Positions 1-8,460 are shown, counted from the stretch's first letter. The stretch: DNA of 64,000 bases from Candidatus Kaiserbacteria bacterium (GCA_016432285.1 CP066682.1:288933-352932), one strand, 5' to 3'. Translations and numbers: made by a program. Notes: generated by a model from the letters alone, not told the origin.

Positions 1-65
1 ACGCATCCATCGCCGAGGGCAAACCGCACTCACTTTCCGGCATTTCAGATTAGTTTGACCACGAT

Positions 66-1028
66 ATGAGGGAATGGACGAGAGTCCTTTTTAGCGCGGG
101 CGCGCTCACGGCGGCCGGCGCGCTGCTTTTGATCGACACCGGGACCAAGGAGTACATGCGGCTCGGCGAGAGCGAGCCGCAAATCATCTCGGTACTTTTC
201 GGAGGGGACCTCATGTTTGATCGCTCGATCCGCGCGGTCGCCGAAAAAAGCGGCGAGGATTTTCTCTTTTCTTGTATCGACCCCACTCTTGCAGAAGCGG
301 ATGTCGTGGTGGCCAATCTCGAAGGCCCGATCACCTCGCTCCTATCAAAGAGTGTCGGATCCACGCCGGGAGATCTGCACAACACCACCTTTACCTTTGC
401 CACGACGACCGCCGCGCTTTTGGCGCGCCACAACATCAGGGTCGTCAATCTCGGCAACAACCACATCATGAATTTCGGCCGCGGGGGTCTTCTCGAGACG
501 AGAGCCTGGCTCGCGGGTGCTGGTGTGCGCTCATTCGGCGATCCGGATCTTCCGGAGGAAGATCGTGTGCTTCGCGCTGATCTTCGGGGCATTCCGTTCT
601 CGTTTGTAAATTGGAGCGACTGGACCCCAGTTGGAAAGCCGTTGGCTTCCAACGGGGCAGGCGAGCCGAATCCGACAGTTGAACAGATCATGAAAGAAAA
701 GGAAGCGGGGAGGGTAGTGGTCGTGTACACGCATTGGGGCGAAGAATATGTGGCGCCGCTTCCACGCGTACGCACGCTTGCGCGCTCGTTCGTGGACGCG
801 GGTGCCGCGATCGTGGTCGGCTCGCATCCGCATATCGTACAGGAGAAGGAAATCTACAAGGGGAAATATATTTACTATTCGCTCGGCAACTTTATCTTTG
901 ATCAGTATTTTTCCGAGGAGGTGCGCAACGGTCTTCTGCTTGCCGCCACGTTCGACCGGGGCGGCCTCCGCTCGCTCATTGAGATTCCGATCCGGCTTGA
1001 GCAGGATCGGCGTACCTGCCTGCGTTAG
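66..1028 (+). CDS. CapA/PGA_cap family metallophosphoesterase
   Basis: GDLMFDR, ANLEGP, LGNNHIMNFG, HWGEEY, GSHPH and YYSLGNFIFDQ motifs. Confidence 0.9.
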   Translation: MREWTRVLFSAGALTAAGALLLIDTGTKEYMRLGESEPQIISVLFGGDLMFDRSIRAVAEKSGEDFLFSCIDPTLAEADVVVANLEGPITSLLSKSVGSTPGDLHNTTFTFATTTAALLARHNIRVVNLGNNHIMNFGRGGLLETRAWLAGAGVRSFGDPDLPEEDRVLRADLRGIPFSFVNWSDWTPVGKPLASNGAGEPNPTVEQIMKEKEAGRVVVVYTHWGEEYVAPLPRVRTLARSFVDAGAAIVVGSHPHIVQEKEIYKGKYIYYSLGNFIFDQYFSEEVRNGLLLAATFDRGGLRSLIEIPIRLEQDRRTCLR

Positions 1029-1546
1029 TCGCGCTCCCACTCCTCCGAGGGCGTGATGTGATCACGAAGGAGATCGAGGAAATACTCGCGCTCGTGCGTC
1101 TGGCCTTTCTGCCGCAGGTGGCGCAAGGGGTAGCACTCCGGGGTAAATTCGTAATGCGCGCGTACCTCGCCGTCTTCAAAAATGCGGATGTGGTACTGGT
1201 ACACGAAGTCCTGGAGGAGCCGGAGATTCACGATCTCGCCTTCGTCTTTCCATGCGACCTCTTGCTGCCGGTAGCCGTTTGCCACGAGATGTTCCACGAG
1301 CGCACCGACATGCGAAGAAGGAGCGATGTGCCCGAGGAGGTACCGTTGTCGCTGACCTACGCGATTGGCCTTGATCTTGCGCACGGTCTTCAGGGAATAG
1401 AGCGCGTCGCGGCAGTAGGCGTGGTAGGGCGTATAGACACGCCACACGAGATACTTGAGGCGGTGGGAAAGCGCGGACGGGTAGACCATTTCGGAGGCAG
1501 GGAGGTCTTCCTCAAAGCGATGACGCCCCGTGTTGTCCACAGACAT
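1025..1546 (-). CDS. hypothetical protein
   Basis: 173-aa ORF with protein-like composition (QYHIRIFEDGEVRAHYEFTPE); stop overlaps the convergent capA stop. Confidence 0.7.
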   Translation of the reverse strand: MSVDNTGRHRFEEDLPASEMVYPSALSHRLKYLVWRVYTPYHAYCRDALYSLKTVRKIKANRVGQRQRYLLGHIAPSSHVGALVEHLVANGYRQQEVAWKDEGEIVNLRLLQDFVYQYHIRIFEDGEVRAHYEFTPECYPLRHLRQKGQTHEREYFLDLLRDHITPSEEWERD

Positions 1547-1629
1547 AGGTCTTTTTCGTCATGCTAGCAGAGAGGTGTATGCTGTACAAACTCACGGCGC
1601 TTTCATGCTGTGGGCGGATTATTTTCTCT

Positions 1630-2091
1630 ATGCCACGATCATCAAACAGAACTATCTTGATTCTCATCGCTGCCGCTCTCCTCGTGCTCGGCGTGGGAGC
1701 GTACATTGTCTTCGGTATCCCCGCGCAGGAGCGCGGTGCCGCCCAAAACCTCGTCGAGGATTTCGGTGCGCAGCTTCAGAAAGTCTCTCTCCTCGATCCG
1801 AATGCCTCAAGCACCATGGCCGAGGCCTACAGTCCGTACGTGCAGGAGGCGCTCCTCGCACAGTGGCAGCGTGATCCCGAGAGCGCTCCCGGGAGACTCA
1901 CTTCGAGCCCATGGCCTGCCGCGATCGTGGTGGATTCGATGAGCAAACAGGGATCCGGCTATGTAGTAAGCGGGCGCGTGGCGCTCGAAACATCGACCGG
2001 CTCCGCAGGCCAGAGCCCCGTGGTGATTCTCGTCGTGAAAGAAGACGGGCGGTGGAAAATTGCCGCCTATCAGGAGCCCCGCAGCGAATAG
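1630..2091 (+). CDS. membrane-anchored hypothetical protein
   Basis: N-terminal TM after ATG 1630; NTF2-like C-terminus (VVKEDGRWKI). Confidence 0.7.
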   Translation: MPRSSNRTILILIAAALLVLGVGAYIVFGIPAQERGAAQNLVEDFGAQLQKVSLLDPNASSTMAEAYSPYVQEALLAQWQRDPESAPGRLTSSPWPAAIVVDSMSKQGSGYVVSGRVALETSTGSAGQSPVVILVVKEDGRWKIAAYQEPRSE

Positions 2092-2109
2092 AGGTGATAG
2101 AATGAGCCG

Positions 2110-2535
2110 ATGAAAAATCGCAGAGTAGCGGCGCTCGCCGTACTTTCGGTGGCAGGCGTTGTGTTCTCCGGCTGCCTGAGCGGGGTGAAATTCTTTTCGG
2201 AGACGTGCGCTTTCAATGAATCGTGTCCTTACTTTTTCGGGTATCCGGCATGCTATTTTGGCTTCGCACTTTTTCTCTCGATGGCGATTATGCTGATCGC
2301 GTATCGTTTCAGTGTGGTCGGACTTGCAGGAGCGCTTCGCGCGCTCGTCGCGGTCTCCGGAGTGGGAGTGCTTTTTGCGGGCTACTTCACGCTCCTCGAA
2401 ACACCTGTGCTTTTCAAAGAGGGAATCTATGCCTACGTGCTCGGACTTCCGACGTGCGCATATGGTCTCCTCGTGTTTGCCGCGATCTTCGTGATCGCGC
2501 TTCTTGCGCTTCGCTCCGCGCCGGCGGCCGAGTAA
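2110..2535 (+). CDS. VKOR/DsbB-like 4-TM membrane protein
   Basis: four TMs; CAFNESC loop followed by FFGYPACYFG and LGLPTCAYG. Confidence 0.6.
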   Translation: MKNRRVAALAVLSVAGVVFSGCLSGVKFFSETCAFNESCPYFFGYPACYFGFALFLSMAIMLIAYRFSVVGLAGALRALVAVSGVGVLFAGYFTLLETPVLFKEGIYAYVLGLPTCAYGLLVFAAIFVIALLALRSAPAAE

Positions 2536-2642
2536 GGTCAGTTTTGCAGCCGCTCGGCACTCCAACTAGAAAAACGGGCGCGGCGTGCTAGAATCGCCCC
2601 AACTCGCCCGTAGGTCAGAGACTACAGGCTGCGGCCGGGCAT

Positions 2643-2713
2643 TGCGGGATCGTCTAATGGTAGGACTACTGCCTCTGGAGCAGTGTATCTTGGTTCGAAT
2701 CCAAGTCCCGCAG
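2643..2713 (+). tRNA. tRNA-Gln(CTG)
   Basis: acceptor TGCGGGA/TCCCGCA, D-arm GTC-TAATGGTAG-GAC, anticodon arm ACTGC-CTCTGGA-GCAGT, T-arm CTTGG-TTCGAAT-CCAAG; CCA not encoded. Confidence 0.95.
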
Positions 2714-3094
2714 CACTTCGACTCGCTTCGCTCGCTCAGTGCAAGCTAACGACTGGGCGGGCGGGACGAAGTGCCCTGAGCTTGTCGAAGGGCTATATGT
2801 ATTTGGTATACCTTTTGCAATGTAACGACGGATCAATTTACACAGGTATTACCAACGATTTAGAGCGCCGTTTCAATCAGCACAGGACAGGAGCGGGAGG
2901 TCACTACACCAAATCCAAGGGTGTGGTGAGGATTCTATATAGTGAGAAACTCCCAGATCGCAATACTGCACTCAGGCGCGAAGCACAGATCAAAGGCTGG
3001 ACACGAAAGAAAAAGCTAAACCTCATTCAATTCGGAAAGCCGTAACCGCATCGACGGCGAGCAAACGAGTCGAGGGGAGACAAGTCCCGCAGCA
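2702..3094. mobile_element. putative tRNA-integrated GIY-YIG mini-element
   Basis: 14-bp direct repeat CAAGTCCCGCAGCA at 2702-2715 and 3081-3094; imperfect inverted repeats just inside (2716-2735 and 3057-3075). Confidence 0.65.
2797..3045 (+). CDS. GIY-YIG nuclease (YhbQ/UPF0213-like)
   Basis: YLVYLLQCNDGSIYTGITNDLERRFNQH...ALRREAQIKGWTRKKK. Confidence 0.9.
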   Translation: MYLVYLLQCNDGSIYTGITNDLERRFNQHRTGAGGHYTKSKGVVRILYSEKLPDRNTALRREAQIKGWTRKKKLNLIQFGKP

Positions 3095-3146
3095 AGCTTA
3101 GATACTCGGAATTTTTGGAAACGACGGACGGCGGTATACTTACATC

Positions 3147-3941
3147 GTGAGGAAAAAGCTAAGTCCGTGGCTAGAGACGAGTATTGAATACGCTAGTCAG
3201 CGTAGTTATTTGGACGACCTATTCCACGTGTACCCCACTATTCCCGAGGGAATACGCGATATTGACAGTGGCCTCTGGAAAGATGTCGAAAAAGCGTTCG
3301 AGAAACGTGATAATGTCGAGCTGCTTGAAAATCTCCTCAAGCTGGAACTGTTTCCGATAAAGGATTCATACGTCGCCTATCTCAAGCGCGATAAAGGTGC
3401 ATTAAAGCGGAACCCCGCCACGGCCGATCGGCTCGCGGGCCGCTTGTACGAGATGGGCCTCGATGAGATTTTCTCACGTTCATCCGAGCCGAAAGAGACC
3501 AACAGACAGATTGGGCCGTTATTCAAGCGGTGGTTGAGAAATAAGTCTCTGGGCGTCGAGCCTTTACGACTCGAAGCTTTCTTGAGCGCGAAAGGAAACG
3601 CGGTCTTGGACGGTAGCGATGCCGAGATGATGACTTTCGCACGGGAGCATCTCAACTACAAGCACAATAAAGGACTCGACTTCATCGGCCGCTTCAATGG
3701 AAAGTACGTCATCGGCGAAGCAAAGTTTTTAACCGATTTCGGCGGACATCAAAACGCGCAATTCAACGACGCTGTTGCGACGGTAAAGGCGCGCGGAGTG
3801 AAGGCCATTACTGTTGCAATTCTCGACGGGGTTCTCTACATCCGGGGAAAGAATAAAATGTTCAAGGACGTCACCGGTCGTCTGAGAGACGAAAACATCA
3901 TGAGCGCCTTGGTGCTACGAGAGTTTCTTTATCAAATCTAG
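3147..3941 (+). CDS. type II restriction endonuclease, Tsp45I-like
   Basis: PD-(D/E)xK-like KGLDF...IGEAKF; EPKETNRQIGPLFKRW and DFGGHQ resemble Tsp45I as recalled; adjacent to a methyltransferase. Confidence 0.8.
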   Translation: MRKKLSPWLETSIEYASQRSYLDDLFHVYPTIPEGIRDIDSGLWKDVEKAFEKRDNVELLENLLKLELFPIKDSYVAYLKRDKGALKRNPATADRLAGRLYEMGLDEIFSRSSEPKETNRQIGPLFKRWLRNKSLGVEPLRLEAFLSAKGNAVLDGSDAEMMTFAREHLNYKHNKGLDFIGRFNGKYVIGEAKFLTDFGGHQNAQFNDAVATVKARGVKAITVAILDGVLYIRGKNKMFKDVTGRLRDENIMSALVLREFLYQI

Positions 3942-3945
3942 TGCC

Positions 3946-5112
3946 ATGAAAATCACTTACGACAACAAAAAGTCTGAGCGAGACATCCTCGAAAATGCTC
4001 CGAGAGCAGAATTGTGCGTCGTCGCAGGGGAGGGTGCAGAAAACAAGCTCATTCACTCTGATAACCTCGCCGCACTCAAAGCTCTACTAGACGACTATGC
4101 TGGGAAGGTCGATTTAATTTATATCGACCCCCCGTTTGCCACCAACGGACACTTCAAAATCAGCGACGGCAGGGCAAACACCGTAAGCAGTAGTAATGAC
4201 GATGCTATAGCGTACAGCGACACTATTGTTGGCGAGGAGTTTTTGGAATTTCTTCGCGAACGGTTGATTTTCCTCCGCGAGCTTCTGTCGGAGCGTGGCT
4301 CAATTTACCTTCATATCGATTACAAAATCGGCCACTATGTAAAACTCGTCATGGACGAAGTGTTCGGGCGCGGAATGTTCCGAAACGACATCTCACGAAT
4401 CAAATGCAACCCCAAAAACTTCAATCGCAAGGCATACGGTAACATCAAAGACTTGATACTTTTTTACTCAAAATCCACGGCGCCGACATGGAATGATCCG
4501 CGCGTCTCTTTTTCAGAAGAAGATGAGCGACGTCTGTTTAAAAAATTGGACAGCAGCGGGCGGCGGTACACCACTATTCCGCTCCATGCGCCTGGAGAAA
4601 CCGTAAACGGAAATACGAACAAAGTGTGGAAAGGTATGAAGCCGCCAAAAGGGCGACATTGGAGGACTGACCCTGCGATTCTGGCGGAATGGGACAAACA
4701 GGGATTGATTGAATGGTCGGCAAATGGTGTTCCGCGGAAGAAGATCTTTTTCGACGAAAGAGGTGGGAAGAAGGTGCAGGATATTTGGGAGTTCAAAGAT
4801 CCACAATATCCGAAATATCCTACCGAAAAGAATTTGGATTTGCTGAAGTTCATTATTGAAGCGTCGTCGAATGAAGGGGATCTGGTTCTGGATTGTTTTG
4901 CTGGCTCCGGAACTACGCTTGTTGCGGCGCATTCCCTCGGTCGTCGCTGGATCGGGATTGATAAATCGGAGCCCGCGATAAAGGTCGTCCAAAAGCGACT
5001 CGCGGACATATCGACGGATCTGTTCTCAAAAGTTGAGTACGAGTTCCTCAAAGAAGGGTACGCTGCACCTGCGGCAACAAGTTCGAACAAATCGACACTT
5101 GTTCAAAAATAA
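3946..5112 (+). CDS. site-specific amino-DNA methyltransferase (beta class)
   Basis: IYIDPPF (motif IV) precedes DCFAGSGTT (motif I); YPTEK motif. Confidence 0.92.
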   Translation: MKITYDNKKSERDILENAPRAELCVVAGEGAENKLIHSDNLAALKALLDDYAGKVDLIYIDPPFATNGHFKISDGRANTVSSSNDDAIAYSDTIVGEEFLEFLRERLIFLRELLSERGSIYLHIDYKIGHYVKLVMDEVFGRGMFRNDISRIKCNPKNFNRKAYGNIKDLILFYSKSTAPTWNDPRVSFSEEDERRLFKKLDSSGRRYTTIPLHAPGETVNGNTNKVWKGMKPPKGRHWRTDPAILAEWDKQGLIEWSANGVPRKKIFFDERGGKKVQDIWEFKDPQYPKYPTEKNLDLLKFIIEASSNEGDLVLDCFAGSGTTLVAAHSLGRRWIGIDKSEPAIKVVQKRLADISTDLFSKVEYEFLKEGYAAPAATSSNKSTLVQK

Positions 5113-5117
5113 ATTTG

Positions 5118-5428
5118 GGCAATTGGGGTCTGACCCCACCCCGTGACCTCACCCCGTGACAATAAGAGGAACGGCGCTTTCTAGTCGATTAGTGAGCAGT
5201 GCACGTGCACTTTGTCTCGGCCTCGTTGCATCCTTTGCATTTGGCGACGCAATGATCGCCACCGCACTTGTGTTGCTCGTCGTGTTTTTCTGCTTCCGCA
5301 CCGCACATGTCACATTTGTAGCCAGTCGTCTCATCCCCGCATTTTTTGCATGCCATATCGAAATCTTGATAGTCTGCCGATAATACCCTCATTATAGGGA
5401 CTGTATGCGTTGCGGCAATTGGGGTCTG
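5118..5428. repeat. 15-bp direct repeat GGCAATTGGGGTCTG (5118-5132, 5414-5428) plus tandem CACCCCGTGAC (5137-5147, 5150-5160)
   Basis: read directly; first copy extends into the GGGGTCTGACCCC palindrome. Confidence 0.75.
5189..5356 (-). CDS. small Cys/His-rich metal-binding protein (55 aa)
   Basis: 10 Cys (three CxxC, one CxC) and 4 His. Confidence 0.7.
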   Translation of the reverse strand: MACKKCGDETTGYKCDMCGAEAEKHDEQHKCGGDHCVAKCKGCNEAETKCTCTAH

Positions 5429-5531
5429 GCCTCCTCACCGGACGAGTTTCGGGTCTCGGAGATTCCGCAAAGAAGTGGCATAGTGCGGACCGGCTAAGCC
5501 GGAACATTCACACAAACCAGAGGAGGTGGCG

Positions 5532-6002
5532 ATGAAAGGCCACGTCATCGTAGAGCGCGAGTCGAAGGAAGGCTGGATTTTCGTGCCCGACGCGCACCTC
5601 CGCTTCAACATTATCGTGTTGCAGAAGGAGGCCGTCATCAGCGCTGTCGCAACATACCCGGATGGCACGAAGGGTATGTGGTCCTCCAACTTGGAGGAAA
5701 AGATTCGGCGGGACTGCAACTTCGTGACCGAATTGGAAGTTCCGCCCGAGATTGTGCGGTGGGCGCAGTACGCCATCGAGCGCAATCGCAGATGGAACGA
5801 CGAAATACGCAAGGCGGGCGACAGGATGCGTGCCGACGGATACAGCGAGGAGTTTCCAAGCTCCGACGTGACGGACAAGTACTTTGGGCAGGTCGCCAAT
5901 GAACCGAAATGCCCGCCCGAGCTTGGGCTCGACGCGGACGCGCGATTCGCCGTCTATCACGAAGTCCAGGGATGGATTCTCGAAGCGGGAGGGCTCGTCT
6001 GA
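5532..6002 (+). CDS. hypothetical protein (paralog A)
   Basis: AGGAGG SD at 5521; similar to the downstream ORF. Confidence 0.7.
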   Translation: MKGHVIVERESKEGWIFVPDAHLRFNIIVLQKEAVISAVATYPDGTKGMWSSNLEEKIRRDCNFVTELEVPPEIVRWAQYAIERNRRWNDEIRKAGDRMRADGYSEEFPSSDVTDKYFGQVANEPKCPPELGLDADARFAVYHEVQGWILEAGGLV

Positions 6003-6520
6003 TGCGCGGATATATCATCGTCGATCGGCGCAATAAAGAAGGGTCGATCTTCGTCCCCGAAGTCGACCTGCAATTCAAGGCGTGTCCTGGCGGCAAGCGC
6101 GGCTGGCTCGATGTGTATTTCACTGACGGAATGCACTACGAACACAAAGGCGCTCTCGCCACGAAACACGCGGGAGAGCCAAAGACCAAGCAGACGGTCG
6201 TGCAGTGGCTCAAAGCGAACTTCGATTTCGCGAAAGAGATCGACGTCCCGCCTCTGATGATCCGCTTTGCGATCGAAGTAGAAGAAAAGAAACGGAAGCA
6301 AGTGGTAGCGTTCGGCGATCTCTTTGAAAGTATGGTCAAAGGGAAGCCGACGTCTCTCGATCGTGGCGGCGAGCAAGGCTTCAAGGCCATGGAGCGCGCC
6401 GTACACCGGGCGAGGGATATCATGGCCTCGAAAGAAGTCGGCGAGCTTTCGGACGCCAAGAAGCACGCCATGGCTCTCCAGATCCAGCGTTGGATCCATG
6501 AAGCAGGTGGCCTCTGCTAG
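6002..6520 (+). CDS. hypothetical protein (paralog B)
   Basis: TGATG coupling with the upstream ORF; shared N- and C-terminal motifs. Confidence 0.7.
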   Translation: MRGYIIVDRRNKEGSIFVPEVDLQFKACPGGKRGWLDVYFTDGMHYEHKGALATKHAGEPKTKQTVVQWLKANFDFAKEIDVPPLMIRFAIEVEEKKRKQVVAFGDLFESMVKGKPTSLDRGGEQGFKAMERAVHRARDIMASKEVGELSDAKKHAMALQIQRWIHEAGGLC

Positions 6521-6527
6521 CAACAAC

Positions 6528-6561
6528 GGCACGACCTCCCAAGGTCGTGCCCTTTCTTTTT
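6528..6561 (+). terminator. intrinsic terminator
   Basis: GGCACGACCT-CCCA-AGGTCGTGCC followed by a T-rich tract. Confidence 0.75.
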
Positions 6562-6596
6562 GCGGCGAAGCTTGGGTCTTTTGGTAAAATACAAAA

Positions 6597-6848
6597 ATGG
6601 CCACGAAGTCTGTTGCGACGGGTACTGTGCATAAACTGCCGGACGATTTGCGAAAGGCGGTCGCCTCCGACAAGAAAGTGCTTGCGCTCTGGGAGGACAT
6701 CACGCCCTTGGCGCGCAACGAGTGGATCTGCTGGGTGACATCCGGCAAAAAGGCAGAGACAAGGGGCATCCGCATCGAAAAAGCCCTCTCGAAAATGCGG
6801 GGCGGCATGCGAAGGCCCTGCTGCTGGGCCGGCTGCGTGCATCGCTAG
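6597..6848 (+). CDS. YdeI/OmpD-associated family protein
   Basis: LPDDL...WEDITPLARNEWICWVTSGKKAETR...RPCCW. Confidence 0.85.
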   Translation: MATKSVATGTVHKLPDDLRKAVASDKKVLALWEDITPLARNEWICWVTSGKKAETRGIRIEKALSKMRGGMRRPCCWAGCVHR

Positions 6849-6942
6849 GAAGGTGATCTTTATCCATCGTGGATTGAAAGCGGGGGCTTTTCGCCGCAAA
6901 GCGGGGCTATACTTTCGGTATAACAATTGTCCGCGTAAAGAT

Positions 6943-7050
6943 ATGAACAACGCGAAAAAGATCGAGTGGGTGTTGCGATTCGCCGTCTCGATGGAGTTCA
7001 TCGGACACGGTGTCTTCTCCCTCCTAGGCAAAAAGGAGTGGCTCCGGTAG
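6943..7050 (+). pseudogene. truncated DoxX-like membrane protein fragment
   Basis: MNNAKKIEWVLRFAVSMEFIGHG stops after 35 aa. Confidence 0.5.
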
Positions 7051-7059
7051 CATTCGCTT

Positions 7060-7659
7060 ATGCTTCTCATGCGTGATTCAAGGCGGAAGGTGCTACTGAC
7101 GATCATTTTCGGTGTCGCACTCCTGCTCGGCGGACTCTCTCTTTTCAATTCGTACATCTACAACGAAAAACAGGCAGTCGCCGCAGCGGATTACAAAGAC
7201 GGTGAGTACCTGATCGAAGGACAACGCGTGAAGCTCGAAGACGGGTTTGCGGAAGTGGAGGCGGCGCCCGGTTCGGCGTCCAAAATCACGACTCGCTATT
7301 TCGGCAACGATCTCAAGACTGATCTCGATGGCGACGGCAGGCAAGATGTCGCATTCATTCTCACAGAAGAGAGGGGCGGCTCCGGCACATTCTTTTATGC
7401 CGTCGCCGCGCTTGCCACCGATCGCGGATACCTCGGCTCCGACGGCTACCTGCTTGGCGATCGGATCGCGCCGCAGTCGACCGAGGTCAGCCAAAATCCG
7501 CGGCACAAATATGTCGTAGTCTTCAATTACGCCGACCGCGCTCCGGGCGAGCCAATGACGGCGCAGCCTTCTGTCGGCAAAAGCGCATACCTGAAACTCG
7601 ACCCAGTCAGCAGGCAGTGGGGAATCGTCGTGCCTGATTTTGAGGGAGAGTCTCGCTAG
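7060..7659 (+). CDS. membrane-anchored exported hypothetical protein
   Basis: N-terminal TM; DLDGDGRQD, GGSGTFFY and LGDRIAPQS motifs. Confidence 0.75.
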   Translation: MLLMRDSRRKVLLTIIFGVALLLGGLSLFNSYIYNEKQAVAAADYKDGEYLIEGQRVKLEDGFAEVEAAPGSASKITTRYFGNDLKTDLDGDGRQDVAFILTEERGGSGTFFYAVAALATDRGYLGSDGYLLGDRIAPQSTEVSQNPRHKYVVVFNYADRAPGEPMTAQPSVGKSAYLKLDPVSRQWGIVVPDFEGESR

Positions 7660-7662
7660 CGC

Positions 7663-8382
7663 ATGGAGATCGTTCTCTTGGCGATCCTCACCTTCGTCGC
7701 CGCGACGATTGGCACGATCACGGGCTTCGGCACGTCGACTCTCATGATCCCGGTACTCGTGGTTTTTCTTCCCGCTGTTGAGGCGATTTTCTTGGTGGCA
7801 ATCATCCACTGGTTTGGCGATCTGTGGAAAGTCACCCTCTTTCGCGCGGGATTCAGTTGGCGACTGCTTCTCCTTTTCGGCGGGGTCGGACTTGCCGCCA
7901 GCTACCTCGGCGCGTTCGTTTCGCTCGGCACAGGCGAGGACCTTTTGATGCGCGTTCTCGGCGCATTTCTCGCCCTCTACGCTCTCTTCTTGATATTCCA
8001 ATCGCAATTCAAAGCGCCTGCGGGCAACGTCGCGGCGCTTTTTGGCGGCGCGCTCTCGGGGTTTTTCGCTGGGATGTTTGGGATCGGCGGCGCGATCCGG
8101 AGCGCCTTTCTTTCGGCATTCGACCTTCCGAAGGCCGTCTACATCGCGACTGCGGGCGCGATCGGCCTTCTCGTCGATTCGACTCGCATCGTTACCTACG
8201 CGTGGGGCGGAGCGACGCTGCCGGAGGATTTATGGTACGGGCTTCTTGTCTTTATTCCCGTCTCGTTTGTCGGAGCGCAGCTCGCAAAGCGAATCGTCGA
8301 CCGCGTCCCGCAACGCTCTTTCAGGGTGGTCGTGGCCGTTTTTCTTTTTCTCATCGGCGGCAAGCTGCTCCTGTGGCCGTAG
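7663..8382 (+). CDS. TSUP (TauE/SafE) family transporter
   Basis: GTITGFG and GMFGIGGA repeats; about 8 TMs. Confidence 0.85.
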   Translation: MEIVLLAILTFVAATIGTITGFGTSTLMIPVLVVFLPAVEAIFLVAIIHWFGDLWKVTLFRAGFSWRLLLLFGGVGLAASYLGAFVSLGTGEDLLMRVLGAFLALYALFLIFQSQFKAPAGNVAALFGGALSGFFAGMFGIGGAIRSAFLSAFDLPKAVYIATAGAIGLLVDSTRIVTYAWGGATLPEDLWYGLLVFIPVSFVGAQLAKRIVDRVPQRSFRVVVAVFLFLIGGKLLLWP

Positions 8383-8460
8383 TCTTGCACCGAGGCACGC
8401 CGGTTTCTCTTGCTTCCAGACAAGGATGACTTTCGCGCTGCGGCGATGTATACAGTCTCC

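Noticed and set aside
2683-2796. Longer N-terminus of the GIY-YIG ORF in the ORF track
   Set aside because: Overlaps the tRNA and the palindromic leader; the domain begins at ATG 2797.
2643-3094. Intron-containing or split tRNA with a homing endonuclease
   Set aside because: The tRNA cloverleaf is complete before the insert and I could not identify group I intron core elements.
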